64,000 nucleotides of DNA, taken from Fimbriimonadia bacterium. GTDB lineage: Bacteria > Armatimonadota > Fimbriimonadia > Fimbriimonadales > JABRVX01. Each line of letters starts with the position of its first letter. Position 1 is the first letter of the stretch. The stretch spans positions 352,001-416,000 of the forward strand of contig JBGPGO010000001.1 in the NCBI GenBank assembly GCA_041483895.1. The letters run 5' to 3'. The notes beneath the pieces are model-generated. The model had not been told where the DNA came from. It searched no databases and saw nothing but the letters and a program-made list of their open reading frames with translations. A program made the position numbers and the translations under genes. Shown here one piece after another: positions 1-9,940 of the stretch.

Positions 1-72
1 GAATTACCGTGGGTCTTGGAATCAATGAGTGAGAAGTGGCTGCTAATTCGACCCACGCCTACGAACAATGAA

Positions 73-100
73 GCGGGCCCCGATCGTCATCGGGGCCCGC
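73..100 (-). terminator. Intrinsic terminator-like hairpin downstream of the large secreted protein gene
   Basis: Perfect 12-bp stem GCGGGCCCCGAT-cgtc-ATCGGGGCCCGC, 7 nt past the stop at 108. It is followed by TTCATTGTT on the minus strand. Confidence 0.65.
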
Positions 101-107
101 CGATTAG

Positions 108-2978
108 CTACTTACCGACGATCCCGAAGTTGATGAACACGATGTTCAGGTCCTTCAAGTCAACTTCACCGGAACAGTCGAGGTCCGCCGAATTGAATCC
201 GATCTCCCCAAAGTGAATGAACACTGAGTTGAGGTCGGGGAGGTTGACCGCGTTGTCGTCCTGGGCATCGCCGTTTGTCAGCGAGAAGTTGGACACCGCG
301 GGCACGTCCGGGTCCAGATCGACGCCGGTATTCTTCTGGCTCAGCCAGGTCCGTCCTTTGGCCCGCAAGGAAAAGACTCCGGTCTGGTTCCAGTTGACAG
401 TGTAATGACCGCTCGAATCCAGATTCGTCGTCTGTTCCGCAACGACCCCGCCCATGTTATCGAGCAGTTGGAACAGGACCGGTTCACCGGATGGAGAGCC
501 GGCATTGTCCTCGAGAATCACCATACCGGTGCTCGTCGAGCCCGGCTGCGCCTGCGGACAGGGAATCTCCACGTCTCCCAGGGTGATCTTTGCTTGCGCC
601 GGGTTACCGTCCAAGTCCAGCAGGATGCTGCCGGTCGCCGGAGCGCCGCCTGCATCGCCGCCTGAGATCGGAACACCCTGCAAACCATAGATTTCGCAGA
701 TGTTGTTGCCGATGAAGCCGCCGAGACAGTCGCCGGTCCACCAGACGCGCCGACCCTTGGGGGTCTGTCCTTCATTCGTCTTGTCGTAGTCGTAGTCGAT
801 GCCTCCCGCGCTGTTGCGGCCGCCGAGACCGATGCTGAACGCGCTGTCGCTCGGCCCGCCAAACAGCGCCCACTTGACCGTCAGCGGATCGCATCGGAAC
901 TCCATGCCGCGCGAGCGATGCGGAGTGCTGCTGGTGTCCGAATCCATGCCACGCTCTGCAACTCCCAGATAGCCTTCCGGCGAGAAGCTGATGTCGGAGA
1001 CGGGCATCGAGTATTGAACACCCGGCAGGTTCGGATAATCGGGGCTGGCAATCTCTACTCGGTCCGAGTTGGGAATAAAATCGCCACCGGATGATGGTGG
1101 GTTAACCGCAACGGATCGGATCTGATTGCTCAGCGCCGCGTTCTGGCGAGGATTGCCGCTCGGATAGGTCATCGGACCGGCGTCGCGAGCCCAGACGCTG
1201 TAATAGACGCGGCCGCGATGGTATTCGCATGCCCACAGGCGTTCGCCAAGCGGAGCAAAACCGGGGTCTAGCGATCCGCCATCGGCGCCCATCGGATCGA
1301 ACGAACTGAGAACGAAGCCACCCATGCTGATGCGATAGATTCTGCCGTCCTCCATGTCCGTCACGAAGAGTTGGTCGTTATCATAGTCGTAGGTGATGTT
1401 GCCGAGACCCGGATAGGAATCGTTCACCGTAAACGGGGGCTGCGCGATCACGTTCGCATCGGACGCGTTCGGCAGCGATGACCCCGCTGTCGAACCGGTG
1501 CCGACCAGGGTCGAGATGCCTCCGGACGAGGCATCGATTTTGTATATCGCCGCCGCCCCGCCGGGACCCCAACCATCGGCATTCGCCGTGTTGATCCACG
1601 CAAAGCATGAACTATGGGCCACGTAGATGTTGCCCTTTCGATCGATGGTCTCGCCGAAGATCGTCCCGAGGTTCTTCCGATTCCAACTGTCTGCTGGACC
1701 GTGGTACCCCAACGGGACAGGCGCCCAGTTCATGCCCAGCGCCGGCGGCGCGGACTGATAGGCGTCCAGGTTCATGACCGCCAGGACCGGGTTCAAAATG
1801 GCCGAAATGTCCGTCCAGCAGGTTACCGACGCTACCGTGCCCGTGAACGCACCGAACTTCGGGTCTTGGTAATGCGGCTTGCCGGCAGCGCAAATGCCAG
1901 GCGCCAATTCGCAACCTTGCGAACAGTCCGGCAGATCGATGCAGTGTTCGATGCTGCAGCAGAGTTTGAACAACTCATCGTGAAGCGACAATGTGAAGCA
2001 GAGCTGCTGCCCACTTGCCACCCCGGTGATGTTGATGCACACGTTATAGGTCTGGCCATAAACCAGCCCTGGAAGCGGCACGACGGCCGGATTGAAGACA
2101 ACACCCGTAGGTCCAGAAAGCAGAAGCCAATTCACCGGACCAGGGGCGAGGACCTGGATCGTAAAGCACCACAGATAGCCGCCTGGGATCGTCGGGTCGC
2201 ACTTTATCGATTCGTCCAGGAACTGCACACAGTCGCACTCTGGGACGGTAAGACAGAAGCGGAAGAAGCAACACTCCTTGTGGTTCGCGTTGTGGACGCT
2301 CATGTCCCAACAGATGGTCGATCCCGGCGTCGCGCCGGAAATATGAACCGTGAACTGCCGGCAATCGCCCGGGTTCATCGGCGGATTGACGGCCAAGTAG
2401 TTATTTGGTCCCCCGGTAAAATCTATTGTCACCCCCGCCGGCAAAGACTGTAGGAAGTAGATATGAGAAATGGGGAAGTTGGACAAGTTGCAAATGGTGA
2501 AGGTCCAAGAATAGCCACCGGGTCTCTCCGTCAAACAGAGCAACTTGTCGGTCGTGATTTTCACACACGGCTTTTGGAAACCGTAACGATAGCTCACGCT
2601 CTTACTGGCGTTGAGTGTAGTATGATTATATCCCACGCCGCCTGGGTAGGTCTGTTCGTAGCCTTGGCGAAGCTCTGGAATTACGTCGTAGTCACCGAAT
2701 GGCAGATCGGTGAATTGGTAATTACCCTGATCATCGGTCATCGCCATCGTAGTGCCGCCCCCGTTCTCATGGACCAGGTTAATATCCCAGCCAGGGATTG
2801 GCGGTTCTCCGGCATCCATTTTGCCGTTTCCGTTTAAGTCTTCGAACACCGTTCCGTCGATGCTCCCGACTCCTTGCCCCTGCGCCGACAACATCGTCGT
2901 GCCTGCCAAGAGACAAGCGAAAGTGCAGGCGCGCAGCGCCCTTATCAATCGCATGGTTCCACCTTTTCTGGCAACCAA
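108..2978 (-). CDS. Large secreted Cys-rich protein: SdrD-B-like domain, two Cys-rich repeats, beta-propeller-like region, C-terminal dockerin-like domain
   Basis: Signal peptide; GSIDGTVFEDLNGNGKMDAGEPPIPGW (SdrD B-like); C-terminal duplicated EF-hand-like motifs GDAQDDNAVNLPDL and ADLDCSGEVDLKDL. The start may be ATG 2954. Confidence 0.75.
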   Translation of the reverse strand: MVARKGGTMRLIRALRACTFACLLAGTTMLSAQGQGVGSIDGTVFEDLNGNGKMDAGEPPIPGWDINLVHENGGGTTMAMTDDQGNYQFTDLPFGDYDVIPELRQGYEQTYPGGVGYNHTTLNASKSVSYRYGFQKPCVKITTDKLLCLTERPGGYSWTFTICNLSNFPISHIYFLQSLPAGVTIDFTGGPNNYLAVNPPMNPGDCRQFTVHISGATPGSTICWDMSVHNANHKECCFFRFCLTVPECDCVQFLDESIKCDPTIPGGYLWCFTIQVLAPGPVNWLLLSGPTGVVFNPAVVPLPGLVYGQTYNVCINITGVASGQQLCFTLSLHDELFKLCCSIEHCIDLPDCSQGCELAPGICAAGKPHYQDPKFGAFTGTVASVTCWTDISAILNPVLAVMNLDAYQSAPPALGMNWAPVPLGYHGPADSWNRKNLGTIFGETIDRKGNIYVAHSSCFAWINTANADGWGPGGAAAIYKIDASSGGISTLVGTGSTAGSSLPNASDANVIAQPPFTVNDSYPGLGNITYDYDNDQLFVTDMEDGRIYRISMGGFVLSSFDPMGADGGSLDPGFAPLGERLWACEYHRGRVYYSVWARDAGPMTYPSGNPRQNAALSNQIRSVAVNPPSSGGDFIPNSDRVEIASPDYPNLPGVQYSMPVSDISFSPEGYLGVAERGMDSDTSSTPHRSRGMEFRCDPLTVKWALFGGPSDSAFSIGLGGRNSAGGIDYDYDKTNEGQTPKGRRVWWTGDCLGGFIGNNICEIYGLQGVPISGGDAGGAPATGSILLDLDGNPAQAKITLGDVEIPCPQAQPGSTSTGMVILEDNAGSPSGEPVLFQLLDNMGGVVAEQTTNLDSSGHYTVNWNQTGVFSLRAKGRTWLSQKNTGVDLDPDVPAVSNFSLTNGDAQDDNAVNLPDLNSVFIHFGEIGFNSADLDCSGEVDLKDLNIVFINFGIVGK

Positions 2979-3095
2979 AATTAGGGCCGCGGCATTCGCG
3001 GCCCTGGAACAATTGCCAAGCAGACAGCATAAGGTAGAAAAACCAGCCTGTCAAGGAGAACAGCCAAAAAAATGCTTAAGGTCACAAAGTAAAGG

Positions 3096-4007
3096 TTAAA
3101 TCTTAGGTCTCAACGTAGCAATCGTGTTAGCTAGGATACCAATTCCATCGATGTCTAACTCGACATGATCTCCAGGCCGTAAGTAGCCATGATCGGGATT
3201 CTCCAAGAGGCAACCGGTGCCGACCGTTCCGGAACCCAACAGATCGCCCTCCCGAATCGTGGCGTTTCGCGATGCGTGAGCGATCAACTGGCTGACCGTG
3301 AAGTGAATCTCCGCGAAGTTGCCACTGGAGACCTGCTCGCCGTTCACGCGCGCGACCATCGGCATATCCCATCGAGGGCCATCCGGTCCATCCGTCCGCC
3401 GAGACGACATTTCATCGAGAGTGACGACGCACGGCCCGATGCTCGTCGCGAAGTCCTTGGCTTTGTGCGGACCCATTCCGACCTTCATCTCTATCCGCTG
3501 CACGTCCCGCATGGACCAGTCGTTGAGAACGGTAAACCCTCCGACGTGCTCGATGGCCCGCTCGACCGGGATATCCCTTCCCGCCTTGCCGATCACGATC
3601 CCGATCTCCAGTTCAAAATCCAGCTCCTTCGTTGGCACGGGCGGCTCGTCCATCGATGGCTTCCATGTTGGCCATAGGAGTGTGTCTTCGTGGCCAAGAA
3701 ACGCGTAGGGATTGCTGAAGTAGAAGGCCGGCGCGAGGAACCACTCTTCCGGCGCGCCCGTCAGCCCCCGCTGGGCCCGCGCATTCACCACGTGGCCCTC
3801 GAACGCATAAAAGTCTCGGAACGAAGGGACGTAGTCGAACGGTGAGAGGATTCTCAAATCAGCAATCTGCCGCAGCTCTCCCCAATTGACTTCGTCACCG
3901 CGCAATGCGTCCTGCACGCTGACATCGCTTTTCGCGAGGCGCGCAGAATCGCCTTCTATGACCCCAACGCGGATCAGCTCCCCATCGCCGAACCTGGCAA
4001 CCTTCAT
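3096..4007 (-). CDS. Fumarylacetoacetate hydrolase family protein
   Basis: RDFYAFEGHV, LDFELE, NDWSMRDVQ, KAKDFATSIGP and GDLLGSGT motifs. Start reassigned to MKVARF (ATG 4007; alternative 4013). Confidence 0.9.
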   Translation of the reverse strand: MKVARFGDGELIRVGVIEGDSARLAKSDVSVQDALRGDEVNWGELRQIADLRILSPFDYVPSFRDFYAFEGHVVNARAQRGLTGAPEEWFLAPAFYFSNPYAFLGHEDTLLWPTWKPSMDEPPVPTKELDFELEIGIVIGKAGRDIPVERAIEHVGGFTVLNDWSMRDVQRIEMKVGMGPHKAKDFATSIGPCVVTLDEMSSRRTDGPDGPRWDMPMVARVNGEQVSSGNFAEIHFTVSQLIAHASRNATIREGDLLGSGTVGTGCLLENPDHGYLRPGDHVELDIDGIGILANTIATLRPKI

Positions 4008-4106
4008 GTCCATAGAATACCGCCCTGCCAGCCCGGGCCATTTTGCCGCAACCTGGTGGAAGGCAGGAGGCGGCGACAACCTACCGAACGATAACTTCGG
4101 AAACGA

Positions 4107-5312
4107 ATGAAGAATCCGAAGATACTCCTCTGGCTGTTCGCGCTCTTCGCCCTGCTGATCGGGTTCTATCTCCTGTCCACCTGGAAGCCCGGAAAGCAGC
4201 CTATCCTGCCCGAAAACACGGCGGGTTGGCTCGCATACGTGAGCGATCAAGACGGCAAGGCTCACATCTGGTTCTACAAACCCGATGACACGAAAGTTCG
4301 CGCCGAGCCGGGATCGAATTCCGAAGACCTGGAACCGACCTGGCAGCAACCGGACGGCAAGACGCTGTTCTTCACCTCCGACCGGAGCGAACGCGTTTCC
4401 CAAATCTTCCACCTAAGCGCCAAGAACGCGGTGGTCAACCAACTGACGCTTGGCGGCGCGCGCAAGGACAGCCTGCAATGCAGTCCCGATGGCGAGCGCA
4501 TCCTGCATATCGCCGGCGGGCTGGTCTCGGAATTCGATGTAGTAGAAGGGCACTCCGAGCAGCTGATCCCGCCGCCCTCGTCCGATCCTAGCCGAAGCAA
4601 GGCCATTTTGGAAACCTGGAGCAACCGCTTCGGTTCATCCGCGTTCCATTCCGTGGCATGGGGACATGATATGCAAGATGTCGTAGGAGTCATACAGGGC
4701 GACGAATATCAGGTGCTGGTCGAGCAGCGCCTCAAGCCGGTCGATCCGCGCGACAAAGAGGTTCCAATCCCTACGATTCGGTTCATGGCCAAACGGATCG
4801 ATATCGCGTTCCACCCCAGTGAGAACAAGGTGGCCGTGGCATTTCGCGCCATGCACATCGAGAAAGCGGACCCCTACGCAAATTCGTGGAACCCGCCTGC
4901 CGAGATGAACACCGAAAAGCCCCAGCACGGACTGTTCGTCATCGATCTGGACGCGAACAAGGTGATGCCGATCTATGCCACAGAAAGCGACACGGAAGCG
5001 GTGATCTCGCCTCAATGGTCCCCGGACGGGACGGAGATCGCGGCGGTTCGGGTCCGTTTCAGTGGCGAGGATGTGACCCATGCATCGCTCCTCGTCTTCC
5101 AAGAGCCCTCCCCCGGTCAATGGGAGGTTGTGACGGCGGTTGACGGTGAATGCGGCGATCCGCAATGGTCGCCGGACGGAACCAAAATCGCCTACACAAA
5201 AGGAAAGACCGGAAAGCGCGACATTTGGATTTTCGACACGAAAACCGGGGATAGCCGCCAAATAACAGAACGCGGCGATAATTTCAGTCCAAGGTGGTCT
5301 CCCAAAAAATGA
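4107..5312 (+). CDS. Membrane-anchored TolB-like PD40/WD40 beta-propeller protein
   Basis: N-terminal TM helix and repeated PQWSPDG / SPRWSP motifs. Confidence 0.85.
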   Translation: MKNPKILLWLFALFALLIGFYLLSTWKPGKQPILPENTAGWLAYVSDQDGKAHIWFYKPDDTKVRAEPGSNSEDLEPTWQQPDGKTLFFTSDRSERVSQIFHLSAKNAVVNQLTLGGARKDSLQCSPDGERILHIAGGLVSEFDVVEGHSEQLIPPPSSDPSRSKAILETWSNRFGSSAFHSVAWGHDMQDVVGVIQGDEYQVLVEQRLKPVDPRDKEVPIPTIRFMAKRIDIAFHPSENKVAVAFRAMHIEKADPYANSWNPPAEMNTEKPQHGLFVIDLDANKVMPIYATESDTEAVISPQWSPDGTEIAAVRVRFSGEDVTHASLLVFQEPSPGQWEVVTAVDGECGDPQWSPDGTKIAYTKGKTGKRDIWIFDTKTGDSRQITERGDNFSPRWSPKK

Positions 5313-6187
5313 AGAAGATCGGTTTTATCGGCCTCGGCATCATGGGGCGACCGATGGCCAACCATCTTTTGAAGGCCGGCTACGCCCTCGCGGTCCACAA
5401 TCGGTCGAAGGAGAAAATGGACCAAATGGCGGCGCATGGGGCAACGATCCAGGAGCCGCAAGAGATGGCCGGGGAGTGCGACGCTATCCTGATGTGCCTA
5501 CCCACCAGTGTTGAGGTCACGATGGTCACCCATCGAATTCTAGCGGCGGGCAGGCCCGGTCTGATCGTCGCCGACCATTCCACTATCCAGCCGTTCGTCG
5601 CGCAGCGGCTGGCCGAGGAAGCGGGGACAGTGGGGGTGGAATTTCTCGATGCGCCGATCTCCGGAGGCGAATCGGGCGCGATTGCGGGAACTCTGAGCAC
5701 GATGGTAGGCGGCGGCGCCGACGCATTCGCTGCCCTGCGTCCCATATTCGACACGTTTTCCTCTGTAGTCACCCATACCGGTCCGTCCGGAACGGGGCAG
5801 ATGACCAAGTTGGCCAATCAAATCCTGTGCGCGATCACCTTGATGGGCGTAGCAGAATCGCTGAGCTTCGCAAAAAAGAACGGGCTGGACTTGAACAAGA
5901 CGTTGACCGTGCTGTCCGGGGGCGCGGGGGATTCGTGGGCTCTGCGCAACCTGGGGCCAAAGATGATCGGACGCGATTACACGCCTGGCTTTTCGAACTC
6001 GCTTCAGTTCAAAGACCTCGGCTATGCGATGGAGGCCGCTCACCAGTGCGGCGCAACAACATTCGGCCTCGCGCTTGCCCACCAGCTTTGCACCTCGCAA
6101 AATGCGCGCGGTCTCGGTGATGCCGGGATCGCTTCACTCTTCGATCTGTACGAACTGCTCAACACGGAACGAGACCAGCGCGCGTGA
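5309..6187 (+). CDS. NAD(P)-dependent beta-hydroxyacid dehydrogenase (GarR/MmsB family)
   Basis: IGFIGLGIMG Rossmann motif, LDAPISGG, TKLANQ. The ATG overlaps the upstream stop (ATGA). Confidence 0.92.
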   Translation: MKKIGFIGLGIMGRPMANHLLKAGYALAVHNRSKEKMDQMAAHGATIQEPQEMAGECDAILMCLPTSVEVTMVTHRILAAGRPGLIVADHSTIQPFVAQRLAEEAGTVGVEFLDAPISGGESGAIAGTLSTMVGGGADAFAALRPIFDTFSSVVTHTGPSGTGQMTKLANQILCAITLMGVAESLSFAKKNGLDLNKTLTVLSGGAGDSWALRNLGPKMIGRDYTPGFSNSLQFKDLGYAMEAAHQCGATTFGLALAHQLCTSQNARGLGDAGIASLFDLYELLNTERDQRA

Positions 6188-7701
6188 ATCCGGCGGTTCG
6201 GATGGTTGGGATTACGAAACGATTTGGCCGCCTCACCGCATGCGATCAAGTGGACCTTTCCGTCGAAAAAGGGCAGACCCATGCCATCGTCGGGGAGAAC
6301 GGCGCGGGCAAGACCACCCTGATGCGTGTTCTCTACAGCGTCTATCAGCCGGATGAAGGCAGCATTGAGGTTGACGGCAAGCAGGTCCGATTCAGAAACC
6401 CGTCGGAGGCGATCGCCGCCGGCATCGGAATGGTGAGCCAGCACTACAGCATCATTCCGCAGCTTTCGTGTCTGGACAACCTGATGCTTGGAGCGGAGGC
6501 AATGGCGGGCCCGCTTCTCGACCGATCCACAGCGACGGCGAGAGCCGATTCGCTGGCGCAGCGGATGGGGTTCCGCTTCGACTGGAAGGCCCCTGCCTCC
6601 ACGCTGACCCCCGCAGCCTGCCAAAAGCTGGAAATCCTAAAGCTGCTGTGGCGCAATTCGGAAATTCTGATCCTCGACGAGCCGACAGCCATGCTCTCCC
6701 CACCCGATGCCGCCGTATTGTTCAACAATCTGCAGTTGCTGGCGCGGGAGGGCAAGACCATCCTGCTGGTCACGCACCGATTGCGGGAAGTGATCGACTA
6801 TTGCGATCGGGTCACGGTGATGCGCGGGGGCAAGCGCGTTGCCGAGTGCGACGTGGCCGATACCGACGTGGATCGCCTGACCAACTGGATCGTGGGTGAG
6901 GACCTGCGCCCAAAGTCGGACCTCGATGGCCGACAAGCCGGGAAAACGGTCCTGACAATGAAAGACCTGGTTATCCACGGAGATCGCGGCGAACGAGCTA
7001 TCAATGGTTTGGATCTGGATCTGCGAGCAGGGGAAATTGCGGGCATTGCCGGGGTAGATGGAAACGGGCAGTCGGAGCTGTTCGAGGCCCTCGTCGGCAT
7101 CCGCGCCATCCAATCCGGCATTGCCCGGCTGGGCCAAGACGATTTGGGGCAGGAATCCACCTCACGCCGCCTGGCTGCCGGTCTGCGCTTTATCCCGGCG
7201 GATCGACATCGATACGGGCTGATCGAGGACTGGAGCCTCTTGGATAATTCTGTCCTCGGCCTCCACCGCCTGCCGCCCTTTGCGAAGCGAGGCCTGCTGC
7301 GGCCCCAAGAGGTCGGGAAGGCGGCCTTGGAAGAGATGGAGGCGTTCCGAATCATGGCGGATTCGGTTCGGACTCGCGCGGGGGACCTCTCAGGCGGGAA
7401 TCAACAGCGGCTGATCGTCGCTCGCGCTTTGCACCAACCGCCGGCCGTTCTCATCGCCTTCCAACCCTGCCGTGGTCTGGACGTTCGCGGAACGCTGGCC
7501 GTCTACGACTCCATACGCGCGGAGTGCGACAGGGGGATGGCCGCCCTCGTCATCTCCTTCGACCTGGACGAGCTGCTGGAATACTGCGAGCCGATCTACG
7601 TTTTGCGCGACGGGCGGCTGGTCGCGGAACTACGCGGGCTGGAGATCGATCGGGAGCGGATTGGCCGCTTGATGATTGGGTTGGAGGGCGCGGCCGCTTG
7701 A
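6184..7701 (+). CDS. Nucleoside/simple-sugar (CUT2-type) ABC transporter ATP-binding protein, two NBDs
   Basis: GENGAGKTT Walker A, ILDEPT, GIAGVDGNGQSEL, LSGGNQQR. Confidence 0.93.
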   Translation: MNPAVRMVGITKRFGRLTACDQVDLSVEKGQTHAIVGENGAGKTTLMRVLYSVYQPDEGSIEVDGKQVRFRNPSEAIAAGIGMVSQHYSIIPQLSCLDNLMLGAEAMAGPLLDRSTATARADSLAQRMGFRFDWKAPASTLTPAACQKLEILKLLWRNSEILILDEPTAMLSPPDAAVLFNNLQLLAREGKTILLVTHRLREVIDYCDRVTVMRGGKRVAECDVADTDVDRLTNWIVGEDLRPKSDLDGRQAGKTVLTMKDLVIHGDRGERAINGLDLDLRAGEIAGIAGVDGNGQSELFEALVGIRAIQSGIARLGQDDLGQESTSRRLAAGLRFIPADRHRYGLIEDWSLLDNSVLGLHRLPPFAKRGLLRPQEVGKAALEEMEAFRIMADSVRTRAGDLSGGNQQRLIVARALHQPPAVLIAFQPCRGLDVRGTLAVYDSIRAECDRGMAALVISFDLDELLEYCEPIYVLRDGRLVAELRGLEIDRERIGRLMIGLEGAAA

Positions 7702-8702
7702 ACTGGCTCCGGTTCTCCGCGCTCGTTGCGGCGGCGGCGGCGTTCCTGGGGATCATCGTGTGGTCCAGCGGCGTCGATCCCGTTGCCGCTTTGCGCTCCG
7801 GATTTACTGGAGCGTTGGGCACTCCCTATGGCGTGTCCGATACGCTGCAACGCATGACGCCGCTTCTCCTTTCCGGCCTCGGGGTAGCGGTCGGGCTTCG
7901 TGCCGGGCTGTTCAATATTGGCGTCGAGGGCCAGCTTCTTGTTGGCGCGCTGGCAGCGGCGGCGGCAGCGATCCTGCTCAAGGGCATGCCGGGCTGGCTG
8001 CATATTACTCTGTGCCTCGCTGCCGGAGGCGCGGCGGGAGTGCTCTGGGCGCTTCCGGCCGGTCTCATCAAGGTCTGGCGCGGCGGCCATGAGGTGATCA
8101 CGACGATCATGATGAACTACATCGCCCTCAACTTCACCAAATACATCGCCGCCAACCCGTTCAAAGACCCAAGCGCCCAGATTGCCACGACCGTCCAGAT
8201 ACCCAACTCCACCCGCCTGCCCGATTTGGGAGGAAGCCTCCACATCAATGCCGGTCTCATCCTTGCCGTTCTGCTTGCCGCGGGGCTGGCATGGTGGATG
8301 AAGAGAACCGTCGTCGGATATGAGCTGAAGGCGGTCGGGGCGAATGTGGACGCGGCTGTGGCGGCCGGCGTCAATGTTCCACGGACCATCGTGCTAGCGA
8401 TGGCCCTCTCCGGCGCGTTCGCGGGTCTTGCCGGCGCCGTGCAGGTTTGCGGCTACGAGTACCGCTTCTACGACGGCATCTCACCGGGATACGGGTTCGA
8501 CGCCCTCGCGGTGGCCCTGATCGCCCTGGCAAGCCCACTGCCCATTATTGCGACGGCGTTCATATTTGGAGCGCTGGCCCAGGGGGTGCAGTCCGCCCAG
8601 GTCGCCACGGACCTGCCGAAGGAGATCGCCATGGTCGCTCAAGGCATCATCATCCTCGTCGCCGCGGCGGTCGGGTGGCAGCGGTTCCGGAGGCCATCCT
8701 GA
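7698..8702 (+). CDS. Nucleoside/sugar ABC transporter permease 1
   Basis: RAGLFNIGVEGQ, HEVITTIMMNY, GYGFDALAVAL. TTG start overlaps the ATPase stop. Confidence 0.9.
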   Translation: MNWLRFSALVAAAAAFLGIIVWSSGVDPVAALRSGFTGALGTPYGVSDTLQRMTPLLLSGLGVAVGLRAGLFNIGVEGQLLVGALAAAAAAILLKGMPGWLHITLCLAAGGAAGVLWALPAGLIKVWRGGHEVITTIMMNYIALNFTKYIAANPFKDPSAQIATTVQIPNSTRLPDLGGSLHINAGLILAVLLAAGLAWWMKRTVVGYELKAVGANVDAAVAAGVNVPRTIVLAMALSGAFAGLAGAVQVCGYEYRFYDGISPGYGFDALAVALIALASPLPIIATAFIFGALAQGVQSAQVATDLPKEIAMVAQGIIILVAAAVGWQRFRRPS

Positions 8703-9556
8703 TGTTCGACACTGGCGCGGTTGAGGCGAGCCTCCGCGGTGCGACGCCGCTCATTTTCGCGGCGATGGGCGGCCTGGTCTGCGAGCGGTCCGGCGTGATC
8801 AATATCGGGCTGGAAGGGCTCCTGCTCTGGGGCGCATTCTTTTCCGCTGTCGGAAGCTATTTCACCGGCAACCCCTATCTGGGCATCGCGACCGCGGCCG
8901 TGGCCACGATTTTGCTCTCCGGCCTGCACGTGCTCATCACCCAACGGCTCAAGGTCGACCACGTTGTGAGCGGTGTGGCTGTCAACGCCATCGCCTTCGG
9001 CGGCACGGCGTTCCTGGTTGTCCGCTTGTTCGGGCAGCACGGAAGCACGCCCGAGGTTCCAAGCCTTTCTCAATGGACGTTCATTCCCGTCGCGCTCGCC
9101 CTTCCGGTTCTCATCTCCCTTTGGCTTCGGCATACGCGGTCCGGCCTCCACGTCCAAGCGGTCGGCAACGATCCTGAGAAGTCGGCGGCGATGGGACTCA
9201 ATCCGATCCGCATCCGAACGTTCGCCATCCTAGCCAGCGGCCTGTTCTGCGGTCTGGGCGGCGCGTTTCTGACGCTGGGTGACGTTCGCCAGTTCTCGGA
9301 GGCCGTGACGTCGGGGCGCGGCTTCATTGCGCTGGCGGCGTTGGTGCTGGGCCGATGGAACCCCATCGGCGCCTTTGCGGCCGCCCTCGGATTTGGTCTG
9401 TTCGACGCGTTGCAAATTCGATTGCAAGGGATCAACATTCTCGGTACGATGCCGCCGTCCGAATTTTGGGCATCCCTTCCCTATGTGCTGACCATCGTCG
9501 CACTGATCACCCTCGGAAAGCGAGCGAAGCCCCCGGCGGCGTTAGGAAAAGTTTAA
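8702..9556 (+). CDS. Nucleoside/sugar ABC transporter permease 2
   Basis: ERSGVINIGLEG, GRGFIALAALVLGRW, LPYVLT...PPAALG. ATG 8702 overlaps the previous stop. Confidence 0.9.
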   Translation: MFDTGAVEASLRGATPLIFAAMGGLVCERSGVINIGLEGLLLWGAFFSAVGSYFTGNPYLGIATAAVATILLSGLHVLITQRLKVDHVVSGVAVNAIAFGGTAFLVVRLFGQHGSTPEVPSLSQWTFIPVALALPVLISLWLRHTRSGLHVQAVGNDPEKSAAMGLNPIRIRTFAILASGLFCGLGGAFLTLGDVRQFSEAVTSGRGFIALAALVLGRWNPIGAFAAALGFGLFDALQIRLQGINILGTMPPSEFWASLPYVLTIVALITLGKRAKPPAALGKV

Positions 9557-9574
9557 GAAATATCGGAAAAGGGG

Positions 9575-9603
9575 TTGCACCGGGCGAACAGATTCCGTAT
9601 AAT
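9575..9603 (+). promoter_or_regulatory. Sigma70-type promoter
   Basis: TTGCAC-N17-TATAAT in the intergenic region. Confidence 0.75.
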
Positions 9604-9619
9604 TTAGCGCTGATTGATT

Positions 9620-9756
9620 ACCGGGCTCTTTGGTCCGGTCCTTGAGGGAGAGGCTCCGGGGCAAAAGCCCGGAGTGCAAGAACTGCAGCGACCCGGGGAA
9701 CGCTCCCCTAGCGACTGCGCAAAGCCGCCTGACGGCTGTGAACTTCGATCCGGACT
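9620..9756 (+). ncRNA. Candidate structured 5' leader or small RNA upstream of the FliA/WhiG locus
   Basis: Nested stems downstream of the promoter: GGTCCGG/CCGGACT, GGGAG/CTCCC, CTCCGGG/CCCGGAG, TGCA/TGCA, AGCCG/CGGCT. No family recognised. Confidence 0.35.
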
Positions 9757-9940
9757 TTGTTGAGCTGGGGAGACTGTGAATGGCGTCTAATGGGAGGCAT
9801 GCGTGTTTGTTCCGCGAGTTGTCGCATCGATCTTGTCTGTCTTTTTTCCAAAACAACCTCCTTCGACGTGTATCCCCGTTCTCGAATCTGACTTCCGACC
9901 CGCCTGTGAACCCGAATGATGCCAACCGGTGGGAGGGGTA

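Noticed and set aside
4014..4412. N-terminal extension of the FAA hydrolase ORF
   Set aside because: Overlaps the divergent TolB-like gene; a -10 box sits just before ATG 4007.
9646..9740. c-di-GMP-I or c-di-AMP riboswitch assignment
   Set aside because: GGGCAAA and CGCAAAGCC words are present, but the GNRA-capped P2 and spacing do not fit. Kept only as an unassigned structured leader.
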